Source: the human T2T-CHM13v2.0 reference genome, Homo sapiens
DNA length: 64,000 bases
Reading direction: 5' to 3' (one strand)
Assembly: GCF_009914755.1 (NCBI RefSeq)
Contig: NC_060932.1
Positions 43,865 through 58,726 of this stretch are shown here, piece after piece; position 1 is the stretch's first letter, and every line of letters begins with the position of its first letter. Made by a program: the position numbers and the translations under genes. The notes beneath the pieces were generated by a model that was not told where the DNA came from, searched no databases, and saw nothing but the letters and a program-made list of their open reading frames with translations.

Positions 43865-44607
43865 TTATGACATCTGTTTTTAGCTTCATGTTTTTTTTAA
43901 ATCTCCAGCCTCTGCTGCTTCTGAATCTAATGTTTTTCTAGCTTCTTATTGCACTGCAATCTCCTTTGAGAGTCTAACTTCCTCTCAAAACTTTTCACCA
44001 GCTTTCTGTTTTTCAGATATTTGTGGAACTCTTTCTGCTGCTGACTCTGCTCCAAGTCCTTTTGTTATTGTTAGGTTGTACCTTTTTATTTCTTTATTTT
44101 CATTTTGGGGAGAGGGGGGAGATAAACTCTAGAGAACAGTCAACCATACTGAAGAAGCAATTTTATTTTTTAAAAATGTTTTAGCAATAACTTGTTGCTT
44201 CTTATTTCTATTACTGCATTTACATCCTCCTATAAATGCCATTTTTCTGTTTCTTCTCTGTTCCTACATAAAGTTTTATCATCTGGAAAATTAGCAAAAT
44301 ATCTAATAAAAATGTGTTCAAAGTAGAAACAAATATCATCTTAGAGAAGGAATGTTTGTGGCATCTGGTTTAGCTACAAAGAGAAATCTTTGCTTACTGT
44401 TGGTTTGAATGTAAATGCATTTTGAGATAAATGGAATGAATAAGGTGGAGTATAAGTATTTAAAATTTTAAAACTATTAATTTTGTTTTTCTGTTAAACT
44501 AAGTTGCAAATATTCTTAAAAATTGGTCTTTGCATTTTACTAAACATTATTGGAATATTTAATTTATGTGTATAGGGAATGCTGCAAAATGTTTTTATTC
44601 CCTAGAG

Positions 44608-44890
44608 TAAGAGTTGGCAAAATTTTTATTTAAAGGGCTAGGCTTTGTGATACATGTAGTTGCTGTCTTGTTGTTACAACTTTGCCCTTATAGCACATAA
44701 GCAATATGTAAATGAATAAATGTGGCTGTGTCGCAATAAAACTGTAGTTATGAACATCAGAATTTGAATTTTATGTAATTTTCATGTCAGAGAATCCTTT
44801 TTTTAAAAAAAAATATTTTAAAAACTATGCTTTTCTTACAGTCTGTACAAAAACTGGCCAGTGCTTGTCCTAGGGTTGTCTGTTTTAATA
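44608..44890 (+). mobile_element. MER58B-like hAT DNA transposon just upstream of exon 3
   Basis: gttggcaaa...taaagggc...gtggctgtgtcgcaataaaactgta...aatttgaattttatgtaattttcatgtca...gtacaaaaactggc. Confidence 0.7.
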
Positions 44891-44891
44891 A

Positions 44892-45101
<210 letters not shown>

Positions 45102-45159
45102 TAGTTGTTTGTGGTCGATACATTTTTGTTTGTCACATAAAAATACAATTCATTCATCG

Positions 45160-45270
45160 TCTGAACCTGGGAGGCGGAGGTTGCAGTGAGCCGAGATTGT
45201 GCCACTGCATTCCAGGTGGAGGACAGAGCAAGACTTTTACACACACACACACACACAGACACACACACAC
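45160..45270 (+). mobile_element. Severely 5'-truncated Alu with a (CA)n tail and 16-bp TSD
   Basis: tgaacctgggaggcggaggttgcagtgagccgagattg...gcaagact, then (AC)n; AAATACAATTCATTCA at 45141-45156 and 45271-45286. Confidence 0.92.
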
Positions 45271-45641
45271 AAATACAATTCATTCAATAGGTTAGTAAAT
45301 ACAATAAGTAGTTATAATACATTTTGTGATGTGATTAACATAATTATGGCTAAACTTATTTTTATCATTGTACAGGTTTTTGCCATTATGATAAATTCAT
45401 TTTAACTTTTGCAACATAGAGGAAATGTGTTTTTTCAGCATGCAGTCGCAGTTTACATGCATTGGTCTTATTCTGGCATTTAATTATAGGTGGTAGTGTA
45501 TTATAGATAGTATTTTGCACAGATTTGTGACATTTTATATAAAATTTATTGCAAGTTTTACTTAACTGTTATTTTTTCCAATGTGGCAGATAGTATTTTA
45601 CATATAGAGGATTAAATATTTATTGACAAGTATTTTCTCTC

Positions 45642-46021
45642 TGTTTATGGACTGAATTGTATTTCCCCAAATTCATAAGTTGAAGCCATAGCTTCTGGCG
45701 TGACTGTATTTGAAGATAGGGCCTTGAAGGAAGTAATTAAGGTTAAATGAGGCCATAAAGGTGGAACCCTAGTCCAAAGGGACTGATGTCCATATAAGAC
45801 GAGGAATCGGGAGCAGGAGTGCATGTGCAGAGAGAAAAGGGGCATGTTAGAACACAGCGAGAAGATGGTCACAGGCCAGGAAGAGGAGCCTCACCCGAAA
45901 CCAACTCTGCCGGCACCTTCCTCTTGGACTTTGAGTCTTCAGAACTGTGAAAAATAAATTTCTGTTGGTTAGGTCACCTACTCTGGAATTTTCTGTTCTA
46001 GCAACTCAAGCAAACTAATAA
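45642..46021 (+). mobile_element. MLT1A/MLT1A0-like MaLR solo LTR
   Basis: tgtttatggactgaattgt...gtgactgtatttgaagataggg...gtaattaaggttaaatgagg...cagaactgtgaaaaataaatttctg...aaactaata. Confidence 0.87.
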
Positions 46022-46124
46022 GCTTATTTACCCAGTATTCTCTATAGAGCAAGGTATTAGACTTGCGATTGGAACACTCATTATCATCGATGTTGTCATG
46101 GTTGTATCATCATCATTGTTGACA

Positions 46125-46330
46125 TCGAGAGCTTATGTCCAGGCACTGTTCAACTTATGTATTATTTCATCTAGCTTCACAGTGAGAGAAATGTTGTTAC
46201 TGGCTCCATTTCATAGGTGAGGAAATAAGGAATGCAGAAATTGTTGCTTGTCCAAGGTCACAAAGTTAGTGTAATGTGTAACTAGAATTTGAACTCAACT
46301 GTGTGGCTCCCAGAGCCCTAGCCTTAATCA
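46125..46330 (-). mobile_element. MIR SINE
   Basis: ccatttcataggtgaggaaat...cttgtccaaggtcaca...gaatttgaactc. Confidence 0.75.
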
Positions 46331-48818
46331 TGCTGTTACCCTGCAGTTCATTATTATTTTTTAAAATGTTTTTACTATGTGATCAATCTATTTAAAATGC
46401 AAAACTTAGTGCAGTTCCGGGGTTGATCTTTTCGGGTATCTTGGTCTATCTCACATGTGATACTCTTTGGTATAATGCTTACCAGGTCATGGAAAAGCAT
46501 GCAGTTCTGTAAAGAATCTAGCCTACTAATTCTATATCACCATTAGTGAACATTTTTACTTATTTGCATCCAGATTATTTCTTCTTGCCAGTTTCTAGTT
46601 AAATAAATTCTCTCTTTTTGCCTTCAACATTCTTTTTCTGTTAGTGTTCTTCACTTATTTCCTCCAAATTTATTTTGCCTTTTTAGGATATTTCTTTATA
46701 TTCATCTATTCAGCAAATAGTTTTGCTCCTATGGTACCTATTCTATAGGAGCAATAAATTTGGCAAGAAAAACATACATAGTTCTCCTCTATAAGCAGCT
46801 TACAGATTAGGGAGCTAATGATAATAGTAATAATAGTATCATAATAAAACATATAAATATGTAATTTCAAATAACCTAATAAAGGAAAATTAGAGTACTG
46901 TAAGAACCAAATATTATTTCATATAAGTAATAGATCTCTATAGAATCTCAGGATAATTGGCCTTAGAGATCATCAGATAGAAGTGCTATTCAATGTATAC
47001 TTGAATCCTCTCTATCATATTGGCAAACAGTCTTCTAGATCCAACAAGACTGCTAGAGCACAGTCTTGAGGCCCAAATATCTTACATGACTAGACTTGTG
47101 GACTAAATGAAGACAGGGAGTTGGGTTAGTTTAGTTTCATTGTATCTTTGTTATGCTGTTTTTGTTGATAATACATTATCTGTTTTGTTACGATACCTGA
47201 TGTACTAAGTACATACTTAGTGTATTAAACATCTTATTTACTTTTACAAATATGCCTTCTCCTATTTTTATTAAAACAATGCCTTTCTTGGTATGTCTTT
47301 TTAAAAATCCTTAACAGAAACACTCATTTTTCACTTTTTCAAAATACTTTTATTTCTTTACTACTGTAAGAAACAAAATTGCCAGAACACCATGCATCTG
47401 ATCCTTGGTGTCATTGTTGAGGAAGCAGTATGGTGTGGGTGGGGACTACAGCAGATTGGAGAGAGGATTTGCTTGACCTCAGTGGGAGAGGCGCAGCTCA
47501 GCATCAGCTCTGTAGAAGAAATGTAGGCCACATGTAGCTAGATCTCTCTCAAGAAAAGACCTAAATAAAAATTTTTGTATGAAATTTCTCTCTTTAAAAT
47601 GTTGGCAGTTAATTCATATTTTTTTTAAAAATCTTCTGTGATATTATTATCTTTGTGTTGAGTACTGAATGTAGGCTGCTGGTATATAATCATATAAATA
47701 AATGGTTACATATAATCATTAAATTCTTTTGTATGCTTTAGACATAATTATTCTAAAGTTTGGCGTATAAGAGTTGAAGTCAGTTGTTTTTAATTGAAAC
47801 ATTTCCTCAGGTTAATTTTGATTCAGCAGGAATCCTGGTGTAGAACTGCCTTGTCTTTCCCAAAATCTAGTCCTTGGCTTAGCAACAAGAGTTTTCATTT
47901 TAAAATGCAGAAATGTGTAAAAGTTATAGCAGTTAATGAGTTTTATGAGGAATTTTAATCTACAGAAGTGGAGAAGTATATGTTTTGCTTCACTTGAGAA
48001 ACACTAAAAGGTTTTTAATGCTTATTTTTTAACTGACTATTAAATCATATTTTGCTGAAGTACTGTCTCTGAATTGATGTTTTAAAGCACTGTTAGCAGT
48101 AATGTGGTGTCTGAAGATAATATTAATAACAAGTGCAGAAACTTGGTAATTTCTAGCTTGTTGGGGACTCACTGGGGAAGTAACTTCAATTATATGTGAT
48201 TCCCATAGGAATGGCTGAGGCTAGGTATCTGATGATAGGCTAGTGGGTTAATGAATATGGTGTGTTAGAAGGAGCTCTCATCCAGGAAACAGGTCTATGT
48301 TGTGCTCTGCTGTGGGTAGCCCTGGGGAATTGGGCATTTTAATTAAGAAAAAAGACTGAATTCTATGAGTTTTTAAGAACCTCTAAAGTTTTAGAACATT
48401 AGGTCTTAGTATGGATTTTCCTATAGTTTTCATGTGGGGAGTGAGGAAGATGGGGACTTTCAGCTTTATAATTTTGTATTTACATGGTTGCTATAGACGT
48501 CTCTCGTATATCCATGAGAGAAACAAACATGAACAAAGTATGGAATGGGAGAAGCACAGGGAAGAAAGGAACTGGTAACTGTGTGCTTTGTTCAGTTTAA
48601 GGAACGTTGCTAAATGTCCATTACATGGAAGCCCACTGCTGGGAGAATGGAATAAGATAGACTCCTGATGTACAGGGCCATATCACACTTATTAGATACA
48701 TTAGAGATATATTTTTTATATATGTTATATATACATGTTGTATGTTATAATCTGTATGATGTTTACACTGCATTGCAGGCGCTTGTGTTTACAAATCAGT
48801 CTTCTAATGAACTTATTA

Positions 48819-49286
<468 letters not shown>

Positions 49287-49991
49287 TGTTAGCTTTAGAG
49301 TAGGTAGCTATGCAGACATGAGCAGGGCAGGAGAGGGTCCCTCACCCCAGGATGTCAGGTGACCATCATGTGATGATCAGGTGGTTGTTAAACTGTCTTG
49401 CTAAAATAATAATTGGTTGCAGCTGGCTGCTAGGAAAGGCAGTCTCCCAGTAAATAGAAAACACCTGAAGATGGTGATTAGCAGCTTCCTGCTAAGATCT
49501 TAGGACTTAAGTGAGTAGGCTCAAGCATGCGCACCAAGAGACAAAATGGCGGTGTTTAACTGTAATATGACCTTCCTCGCGGAACACTCCACTAGTAAGG
49601 GAAAAATGCCTCAAATGAGCATGTGCACAACTTCAGTAAACACACTGTGCATACGGCCCCTCCCAAGTGCTGGCAAGCCACTGTGCAGGCACATAGCCCA
49701 CCCAAAGGGAAAAATCAAGGGGGAAGAGACAAACCCTGGGGTCATGCCAGTGTATGAAACTCCAAGTCAAAGTCCGAACAGTGCACTTTGATGTCTCGAA
49801 GTTGCCCACCTGGCCTTCCTCCAAGTGCACTTCCTTCTATTCCTGCTCCAAAACTTTTAAATAAACGTCACTCCTGCTCTAAAACTTGCCTCAGTCTCTA
49901 ACTCTGCTTTATAACCCTCAGATGAATTCTTTCCTTTGAGGAGCCAAGAATCAAGTTGCTGCAGACCTCTAGGGATTCACCACTGCTAACA
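49287..49991 (+). mobile_element. MER50-like ERV1 solo LTR
   Basis: ttagagtaggtag...gcagacatgagcagggcaggagaggg...gttgctgcagacc...ggattcaccactgctaaca; AATAAA at 49860-49865. Confidence 0.82.
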
Positions 49992-50250
49992 CTAATATAT
50001 GTAGCTGTTTAGCTCTATTCCTGATGGATAAATATATGCTAAATAGTTCTTATTACTATTACATAACATTAGCAGTAATACTGGTGTGTAGCCTTCCTTC
50101 TTCCCCAAACCACCTTATTTTTGCATAAGTTGGTTAAATCTAAATTCTGTAGACATAATTAAAAGTTGTGGTAAAGGAATGAAGAGAAAGGAAAGAAACG
50201 ATGAAAAGATTACCTAGGAATCCCTTTGGAAGGGCTAACTGCTTAACCAT

Positions 50251-52386
50251 TGTCTTAGTTCATTTTGTTCTGCTACAACAGAATACCTGAGACTGGCTAA
50301 TTTATTCAACAGGAGTTTGTGGGGTGGGCAGAGGCAGAATATGATGGTTTGAATATTTTGCATTCAAACAATGAGTAAAAAACATTCAAACCATCATATT
50401 CTGCCCCTAACCCTACCAAACTCATGTCTTTCTCACACTCAGAATACATTCATTTTGTCCCAATACTGCCAAAAGTCTGAACTCATTCTAGTACCAACTC
50501 AAAATTCCAAAGTCCAAAGTCTTAACAAAATCAGATATAGATGAGACTCAGGACATGATTCATCCTGAGGCAAATTCCCCTCCAGCTGTGTATCTGAAAT
50601 CAAACAAATTAACTACTTCTAAAATAAAATGGTAGAACAGGCATTGAATAGACATTCCCTTCCAAAAGGGAGAAATAGGCAAGAAAAGAAAAAGGGGTAA
50701 CTGGCTCCAAGTAAGTCCAAAAACTGACTGGGAAAACAGTATTACATCTGAAAGCTGGAGATTATTTTTTTTCATTCCACGTCCCATCATCTGGGCACAC
50801 TGGGGCAAAGGTTGAACCCTCAAGGCCTTGGGCAGCCCCACCCACCTCTATAGCTTTGCCAGGCCCAAGCCCACGCAACAGCTCTCCCAGGCCCAAGCCC
50901 ACGCAACAGCTCTCCCAGGCTGGTGTTGCATGCTGTTGGCTCTGTAGTTTGGGATTTCAGCAGAGGCCCTGCTGCTGTAGATCCACTAAGGGGGATTCTT
51001 TACAATGGCTCTGCCTCTGCAACAAGTCTTTATCAGGACTCTTGGGCTCTCCACAAAGTCATTTGAAATTTAGGTGAAGGAAGACATACCTCCTCAGCTC
51101 TTACATTCTGGGCACGTGCAGAGCTAGTGCCCAGAATGCTGCCAAGGCTCATGGCTTGCACCCTCCAGAGTAGTGGGTTGAGCAACACTTGAGCCTACTT
51201 GATCCTTGGTGAGGGCAGCTGAGGAGCACTACAGCAGTATGCAGGGAGTGGACACCCCAAGTGGCTCTGAACAGTGAGCTTTGACGTCCCATAGATACCC
51301 CAGGTTTTCCCCCAAAGAGCTCTGAAATGCCTTCAGGGTCTTTCTCCCATTTTCTTGATGAGTAATACCTGGCTTCCTTTCCATCTCTGCTAATCTCCTT
51401 ATAAATAGTCCTTAGGCCACATTCTTCATATTCTCTCCTGAACATGTTTTTTATTGTTTACATAGCCAGGCTGAGAGTTTTCCAAATCTTTATGTTTTGC
51501 TTCCCTTTTAATTATAAATTGTGTCTTTAAATCATTTTTTGTCTTCTATTTTATTATATGCATTTAAAGTAAGCCATACTGCATCCAGAATGTTTTGCTG
51601 CTTAGATATCTCTTCTGCCAGATATCCTCGTTGATTGCTTTTAAGTTCTGCATTCTATAAAGTCCTAGGACACAGACACACTTCAGCTAAGTTCTTTGCA
51701 GTTTGTAAGAAGGATGGTCTTTTTTTCCAGATTTCAATACCTGTTTCTCATTTCCGTCTGAGACCTCATCAGAATGGCTTTTACTGTCCATATTTCTTAC
51801 CAGCATTCTGATCATAACCACTTAAATAAGAAGTTGTAGACTTTCCTTGCACCTCCCCTCTTCTTCTGAGCCCTCTCTAGAATCACCCTCAGTGCTCCGT
51901 TTATGGCAATCTAGGCTTTTTCTAGTATGCTCTTCCAGATTCTTTCAGTCTCTACCCATTATCTGGTTCCAAAACCATTTCACCTTTCCAGGTATTTGTT
52001 GTAGCAGCACCCAGTGCCTCTGAGACCAGTGTTTGTCTTAGTCCATTTTGGGCTGCTGTAACGGAATACCTGAGACTGGATAAGTATAATGAACAGATAT
52101 TTGTTTCCCATAGTGCTAGAGGCTGAAAGTCCAATATTTAAATATTTACCTGCCGGCGTCTTGCCAGGCACTTCTTGCTGCATCATCACATGGCATGAGG
52201 GGACAGTGTGAGAGAGAATCAAGAGCAGGCTCAACTTGCACTTTTATAATAGCACTCATCCCACCCATGAGAGTGGAGCCCTCATAGCCTAATCACCTCC
52301 TAAAGCTTCCACGTCTTAATATTGCTACAGTGGCAATTAGATTTTCAACATGAGTTTTGGCGGGGACAAACATTCAAACCATAGCA
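50251..52386 (-). mobile_element. MST-like MaLR provirus (rearranged LTR, internal region, intact LTR)
   Basis: Both LTRs start tgtcttagt.cattttg...gaatacctgagactgg (50251, 52034) and end aaacattcaaaccat(c/a).. (50398, 52386); ~1.6-kb MaLR internal region between them; near TSD ACCAT/AACAT. Confidence 0.87.
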
Positions 52387-52867
52387 AACATGGACCAACT
52401 CTTAATCTTTAGCAGTAGTGTTTGAAGAGCACTAATGTAGATAACATGGAGGTAAATAATGGAAATTTGATTGCATTTGCAGTACTAAAAATGAGAAATT
52501 TTTGATATAGAGCCATTTCTTTTGGGTATTCAGCTTGTTTGTGCTAAGTTGTGTGAAGCTCTGTAAAATGATTTGGAGCTGTCTTGTAAATAATGACTGC
52601 TGTAGTCAGAGTTCATTTGTAGGGCAAGACCTGTTTTGGTCTTGACTGTACTTGGTTATTAAACTTTGTTGTTATGGGCAGCTAAGCTTTTACTGTTGTA
52701 TCGTTTGCTTGATATCAACTGTGATCTAATGTATATTTATATATTGATTTTTGTTTTCATTATTAGAAAATACTGAACTGTACTGCAAGTCAAGGGCTGA
52801 AAAATCTCTTGGCCTTTCATTTTAAAACTTTTTTTTATAATTCCTGGGCAACAGAAATTTAATTCGT

Positions 52868-52878
52868 GTATATATACA

Positions 52879-52914
<36 letters not shown>

Positions 52915-52987
52915 AATACAATATATATACACATACAATATATATACACATACAATATATATACACATATATACAAATATATATATT
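52868..52987. repeat. (TA)n(CA)n compound microsatellite
   Basis: Visible dinucleotide runs. Confidence 0.9.
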
Positions 52988-53664
52988 TGTAGTTTATTGC
53001 TTACTGCAAATTAACCTAATATATGTTTTTAGATATTGTTAAATAAGCACCGTTTATACGAGGGTAGTGTTCTGTTTAGTATACTTTTCAAATGGAAATT
53101 ACCTGTAGAAAATATTTCTGAAATATAATCAATTTAACACAGTTGAGTTAATAGAGCAGTTGAGCAGAAAAAGTGTTATTTGAGGATTTCTTCTTCATTC
53201 TCTGGTAAATTTAACTTGTTAAGAGCAGAAATGTTGGTTTCTCTTTCATAGTCTTCATCATTACAAAAAAGTAAAGTCTTTACATTTGTAATAGGGAATT
53301 CAATCTACTTATAACTTGTTGGAAATTAATTCCATAATATGCTTATTTTTTAAAAACAAATTCCAGTACTTTTTAAAAATAACTGCTTAAGAAGTAAAAT
53401 AATTCATGTACTGCCAAACTGCTATATTTCTACTTTGCACTTTCAGTCACTTTTTTTTACCCTAATTATAGAATTCAAGAAAGAAAAAGAACGAAATGAC
53501 TTACAAAATATACAGAATATAATGCATAATTTGAATGATGTATGTTAAATGTGAAGATTCAGATAACTTAGTCAGATTTACATGTTCTTTTTCATCCAGT
53601 AGTGAATTAAGACAAATAAAAACAGAAATTTACCTCTGGAAAACCACTTGGATTTTCATAATAA

Positions 53665-53925
<261 letters not shown>

Positions 53926-55189
53926 TAATAATAGGCTGGTTAGTTTGTTTTTATGGAGCATTTTAATAAGGCCACAGTAATACTTTTTAATTTCTCTATG
54001 GTTGTTTCTCCTTGCATAGAGAAAACTGTTCGATTACTGCAAATGATAAGTTGGACTATTAGCTGAATTCAGATGCTTTTTAAAATAGTGGTTCACTGAT
54101 ATTTTAAAAGCCATTAAAAATACAGGAGTTAAGCACAAGGTAATTTCAGAGGCTAAAAAACGTTTAAAACGTTTCAGTGGTAGTAATCAAGGAAATTCTA
54201 ATTAAAAAGCAAGATATATAATTTTTAATCTATCTTTTGGTCAAACAGAAAAGGTTAATACCCACCTTAAAGCTACGTGGAAAAATGTCTACTCAGATTT
54301 ACTGCTTTTGGGACTATAAATTGGTGTAACCATACTAATAGCATGTGTCATGTCTGTATGTAATTTAACTTAACAATTCCGCTTCTAGGAATTTAACCTA
54401 AGGATGCAATCAAGGATGATTTAAATTTTTATCCATAGAAATTTTGAAAATAATATTCATTTTATTGGGAAAAATTGAATATAAATTAAATGTCTAAAAA
54501 TAAGAAAAAGTAAATATACTATGGCATAGCCAAAAAATGATTTACAAGAATATTTTACCTAGAATGAAGCTCAAGATGTAAAACATTTCAAAGTAGGTTA
54601 GAAAAATAGTATTAATTAATAGTATGATCTATTAGTTTTTTATAAAGTACAAATATGAGTATAGATTGACATAGACAATTTATTATGGAAGGAAATGAAC
54701 CTAAATGGTGATGGTAGTTCATACTTACTTGGAGATTTTATGACCATTTTTTCTCTATTCTCACAACTACTTTTGACAGTAAACAATTGGAGCCAGTTAT
54801 TTTAAAAGTACGTTCGTGCAGGCAGTAATACAGAAGCATTAATTTTTACTATAAGATATAAACACATTTGTTCTGAGTCAAGGTGGTAATTGCCCACATG
54901 GTACCACTGTCATTGTAAAATTATATCATTGGTTTTAATGACATTTTGGTGACTAAACTTATTTCCTAATTCTTATCATTTTTTAATGTTTTGGCAAATA
55001 TTTTGTTATGCAATGTATCATTTAGTTGGTGCAAGACATTAAGAGTAATATTGAAAGGGTACTATTGTTTCCTTATAAGAAATACTAAATTTTAATCAGA
55101 ACTTATTCTAACCTGTCTCCCTAGCAGACTTTACGCATTTAGTCGATAAACTTTTGTTAAAAAAAAAAAAAAAAAACCCATAAAACTAT

Positions 55190-55925
55190 ATGTGGAAACA
55201 ATTTCTAAAATGTTTTAGAAATGAAAACAGTACAAATAATGCCAATGTATACCCTTTATTTAGGTTCACCTATTGTTAACATTTTATTCCATCTGCTTTG
55301 TGATTATCATTCTCCCTGCTACCCCCATGTCTCTTTACCTCTCTCCACACATGCAGACACATATGCACAATTTTTTCTTTCTGAAAAAAATTAGGGTGAA
55401 TTGCATTTTGAAAGAAATAAGCAAAGCAGTTATCAACTTCATAGGTTTACATTTACATAATACTTTTATTTGAGCTACCACTACCCATATTACAATTTTG
55501 TCAAGTAACCTAATACCCTTTACATTGTCCACCTTCAGTACAAGATTTGGTCTAGAGTTAGATATTTCATTTAATTGTCATGTCTTGTAAGCTTCTTTTA
55601 ATCCGGAATATTTCTGTAGCCTGTCTTTTCTCTTTAAAAACATTGACACTTTGAAGAATATAGTCCTTTGCTACTTTTTAAATAGAGTGATCCTCATTTG
55701 ATCTGCCTCATCTTTGTTCATGATTGACTTCTGCTCATGCATCCTTGAGTATAATATTACATAGGTCCTGTTTTGTTTTAATCACCTCTATAGGCACGTA
55801 ATGTCCATCTGTCCTTCACTGGTGATACGAATTTCAAATATCTGATCAAGATGTTTCCCATTTTTTCATGGTATAATTACTGATTTTTGGTCCTCCTTTG
55901 TAATTAATAAGCTGTCTATGTGGAT
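55190..55925 (-). mobile_element. Old L1MC/ME 3' fragment
   Basis: cacctattgttaacatttt...ttaattgtcatgtct...gtccatctgtcc...gtaattaataag; similar to the L1 remnant near 25700-26800. Confidence 0.55.
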
Positions 55926-55969
55926 ATAGTAAGTAGTAAAAGCTATACTATACTACAGTCTTCGTGTTT

Positions 55970-56220
55970 TAAAGGATACCGTCAAAAAAGTAGCACACAG
56001 AATGGGGGAAAATATTTGCAAATAATTTTTCTATAAGATACTTACAGCTAGTTTGTCTATATATATATATACATGAGTCTTACAACTTAAAAAGAGAAAA
56101 CCCAATTCAAAATGGGCAAAGGATCTGAATGGGCATTTCTTCATGGAAAATATAAAAATAGCTGATAAGCACATGAAAAGATGCTCAGCATTGTTAGTCA
56201 TCAGGGAAGTGCAAAGTCGT
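55970..56220 (+). mobile_element. L1 ORF2 3' fragment
   Basis: cacagaatgggggaaaatatttgcaaat...aaatgggcaaaggatctgaat...aagcacatgaaaagatgctca. Confidence 0.8.
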
Positions 56221-56351
56221 TTTACATAGCCATTATGTCTTAAGGCATATATCTTATGGCAGAATGAAAGTAGTGCTAGTGTCACGTATGAAAAGTTGGG
56301 TGGCATGTTTCTGAGTTCTTTGCGTTGAAAATTATGAGGACTAGAATATGA

Positions 56352-56555
<204 letters not shown>

Positions 56556-58689
56556 TAATACATTGTGCTTTTTTTATTTCCTGTTCTTTGTGTAATAATA
56601 TAAGTTGTATAATATTAACAAAATGAGCCAGATATAACTATAATAGAACTTAAGTCTGAATGAGAAGTAACTTTTTAGAACTTGGATAATTTAGTTTGAG
56701 TTTTCTGTCAATCAAAACTGTGCTATCTTCCTTCAACTTTTCACTGCTAAAATGTACTGTCCCTCTGTACTTGGCACAAGTGCTAGATAAATACATGTTG
56801 AATACATCTAGAAATATGGTAAGACTTGATCAGAATTAATAGCTCAGAATAATTTGCAAATGGTTTGGAAATTCAGCTATTTCTGAATTTCTCATTCAGC
56901 TATTTCTTTTCTGACAACTGTTTCTTGTGTATCTTCTATGTGACTGATATATGTTAGATACTGGCAATATAAAGTTAAGAAATACACTCTGCCTGTGAGA
57001 AATGCATTGTGGGGATACAGAGTAATCAACAAATGGAGTGTAAGGTTATGTGTGCTATGACGGCAGTAAGTAACAGAGTATTACAGGAATGCACAGGAGA
57101 GAAACCTAACCTAGAGTAAAGGGAATCATGACAAGCTTCCCAGATTGTGACATGAGCTGAATTCTGTAGAAGAAAATGAAATTCTAAAGTCGTTAAGGCC
57201 AAGTATTCAACATAAGTGAAGCCTGGGATATTCAGAGAACTACAGTTGTGTGGGGCTACAGCAGTGATGGCAAGGTAGGAGGGGAAAGAGATGACAGTAG
57301 AGTTCAGCAGTTCCCAGCTCACAGCCAATAGCCGAAACTCATTAGGATTTTATACACAAAACAATTCAGTTATAATTGAAAATAAAATCTCTTTCACAAT
57401 AGGAAGGGAAAATATAAGGTACTTAAAAATAAATCTAACAGAAAATGTATGAAATATTTATAAATAGAATGTTGAAATTGAGACTAGATACATATACATA
57501 TATCTAGATAAATACATTATATATCTGTATATCTTATAGATAAGTATTGTCTGTAATATAAAAATGTTATTATATTAAAGATATAACTACATACAATGTA
57601 TTATATCTGTAAAACATAACAGATTGTTTACAGCTACTTGTCAGTTTGTTTCTTTTGCTTTCTTGCAGTAGCCCTTCATCCTTCCCATTTTATTTTTACC
57701 AAAAAATTAGGGGTCTTGATGACTAAGTTGGAAGTGATAGGACAGACTGAGAAGCAGCCCAGGCAAGAGTCACCTTGAAGCAATTTCATTTTCTGCAGTA
57801 ATACCTAGAGCTTAGAAATTCAGACAGAACCTCTGTGGCTTTCTAGTACATAGTCAAAATACAAATTAGATGTTTGGCCTTTTAAGAGCAAGGAAGATAA
57901 GATTTTTTTAAAGAAAGTTTCTTAATATTGTTTTCTCACTTTTGATGAATGAGTTAAAATGGATTAATTAATTGTACTGTATTTAAAGTTATTGGACACT
58001 ATGGATGATCTTAATTACCTTAGTCATTAAGTTCAAAAGTGTTTTGGCTTTTTTCCATGCTAGTTTTCAAGTTGCTTAATTCAGTAAAGCTACCCAGGTT
58101 TCCTGGTAAAAATGCAGTACTTTCACTGTGTTGTTGCAAAATCAAAACTTCTTTGGTATTTAAGAGTTAATGTCATATCAAATCTTGTCACTATTTTAGT
58201 CTACCAAAAATTGATGTAGTCTCATCTCTGAATTACATTCAAATAACATTAACATCCTTACATTATTCTTATTCCTCAAGAAGAGCCCAGAATTATTGCA
58301 TTGTAAGCTAGTAATAGTTGGCATTACTCTTTACTGATCTCTTTTTTCTTTGGGGTATGCTTCATAACTGTGCAAAGGAATTTATATTGTCCTCATTTAT
58401 AAACAAGGAAACAAAGATTCAGTAATCTCAACTTGTAGAAGCTTACAAAGCTAGAATGTGATTGAACTGAGATTTGATCTCATTGATCTGATTGCAAGTT
58501 CTGTATTGTTTACACAAAGCTGGGCTTCTTTAAATCTGGACATGTGTCTTATATGTTGGTGATTCAACCCAGTAGATACAGTGAGCCCTTATGACTACAA
58601 ATAAATTCATAGAAGAACTTTATATGATGTATAGATGTTAAATACTTCAGTTGATCAGTTTTCTTGAAAACCTCTGCTATGTTATACAG

Positions 58690-58691
<2 letters not shown>

Positions 58692-58726
<35 letters not shown>
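58692..58726. repeat. (TTA)n microsatellite
   Basis: About 11 perfect TTA units. Confidence 0.92.
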
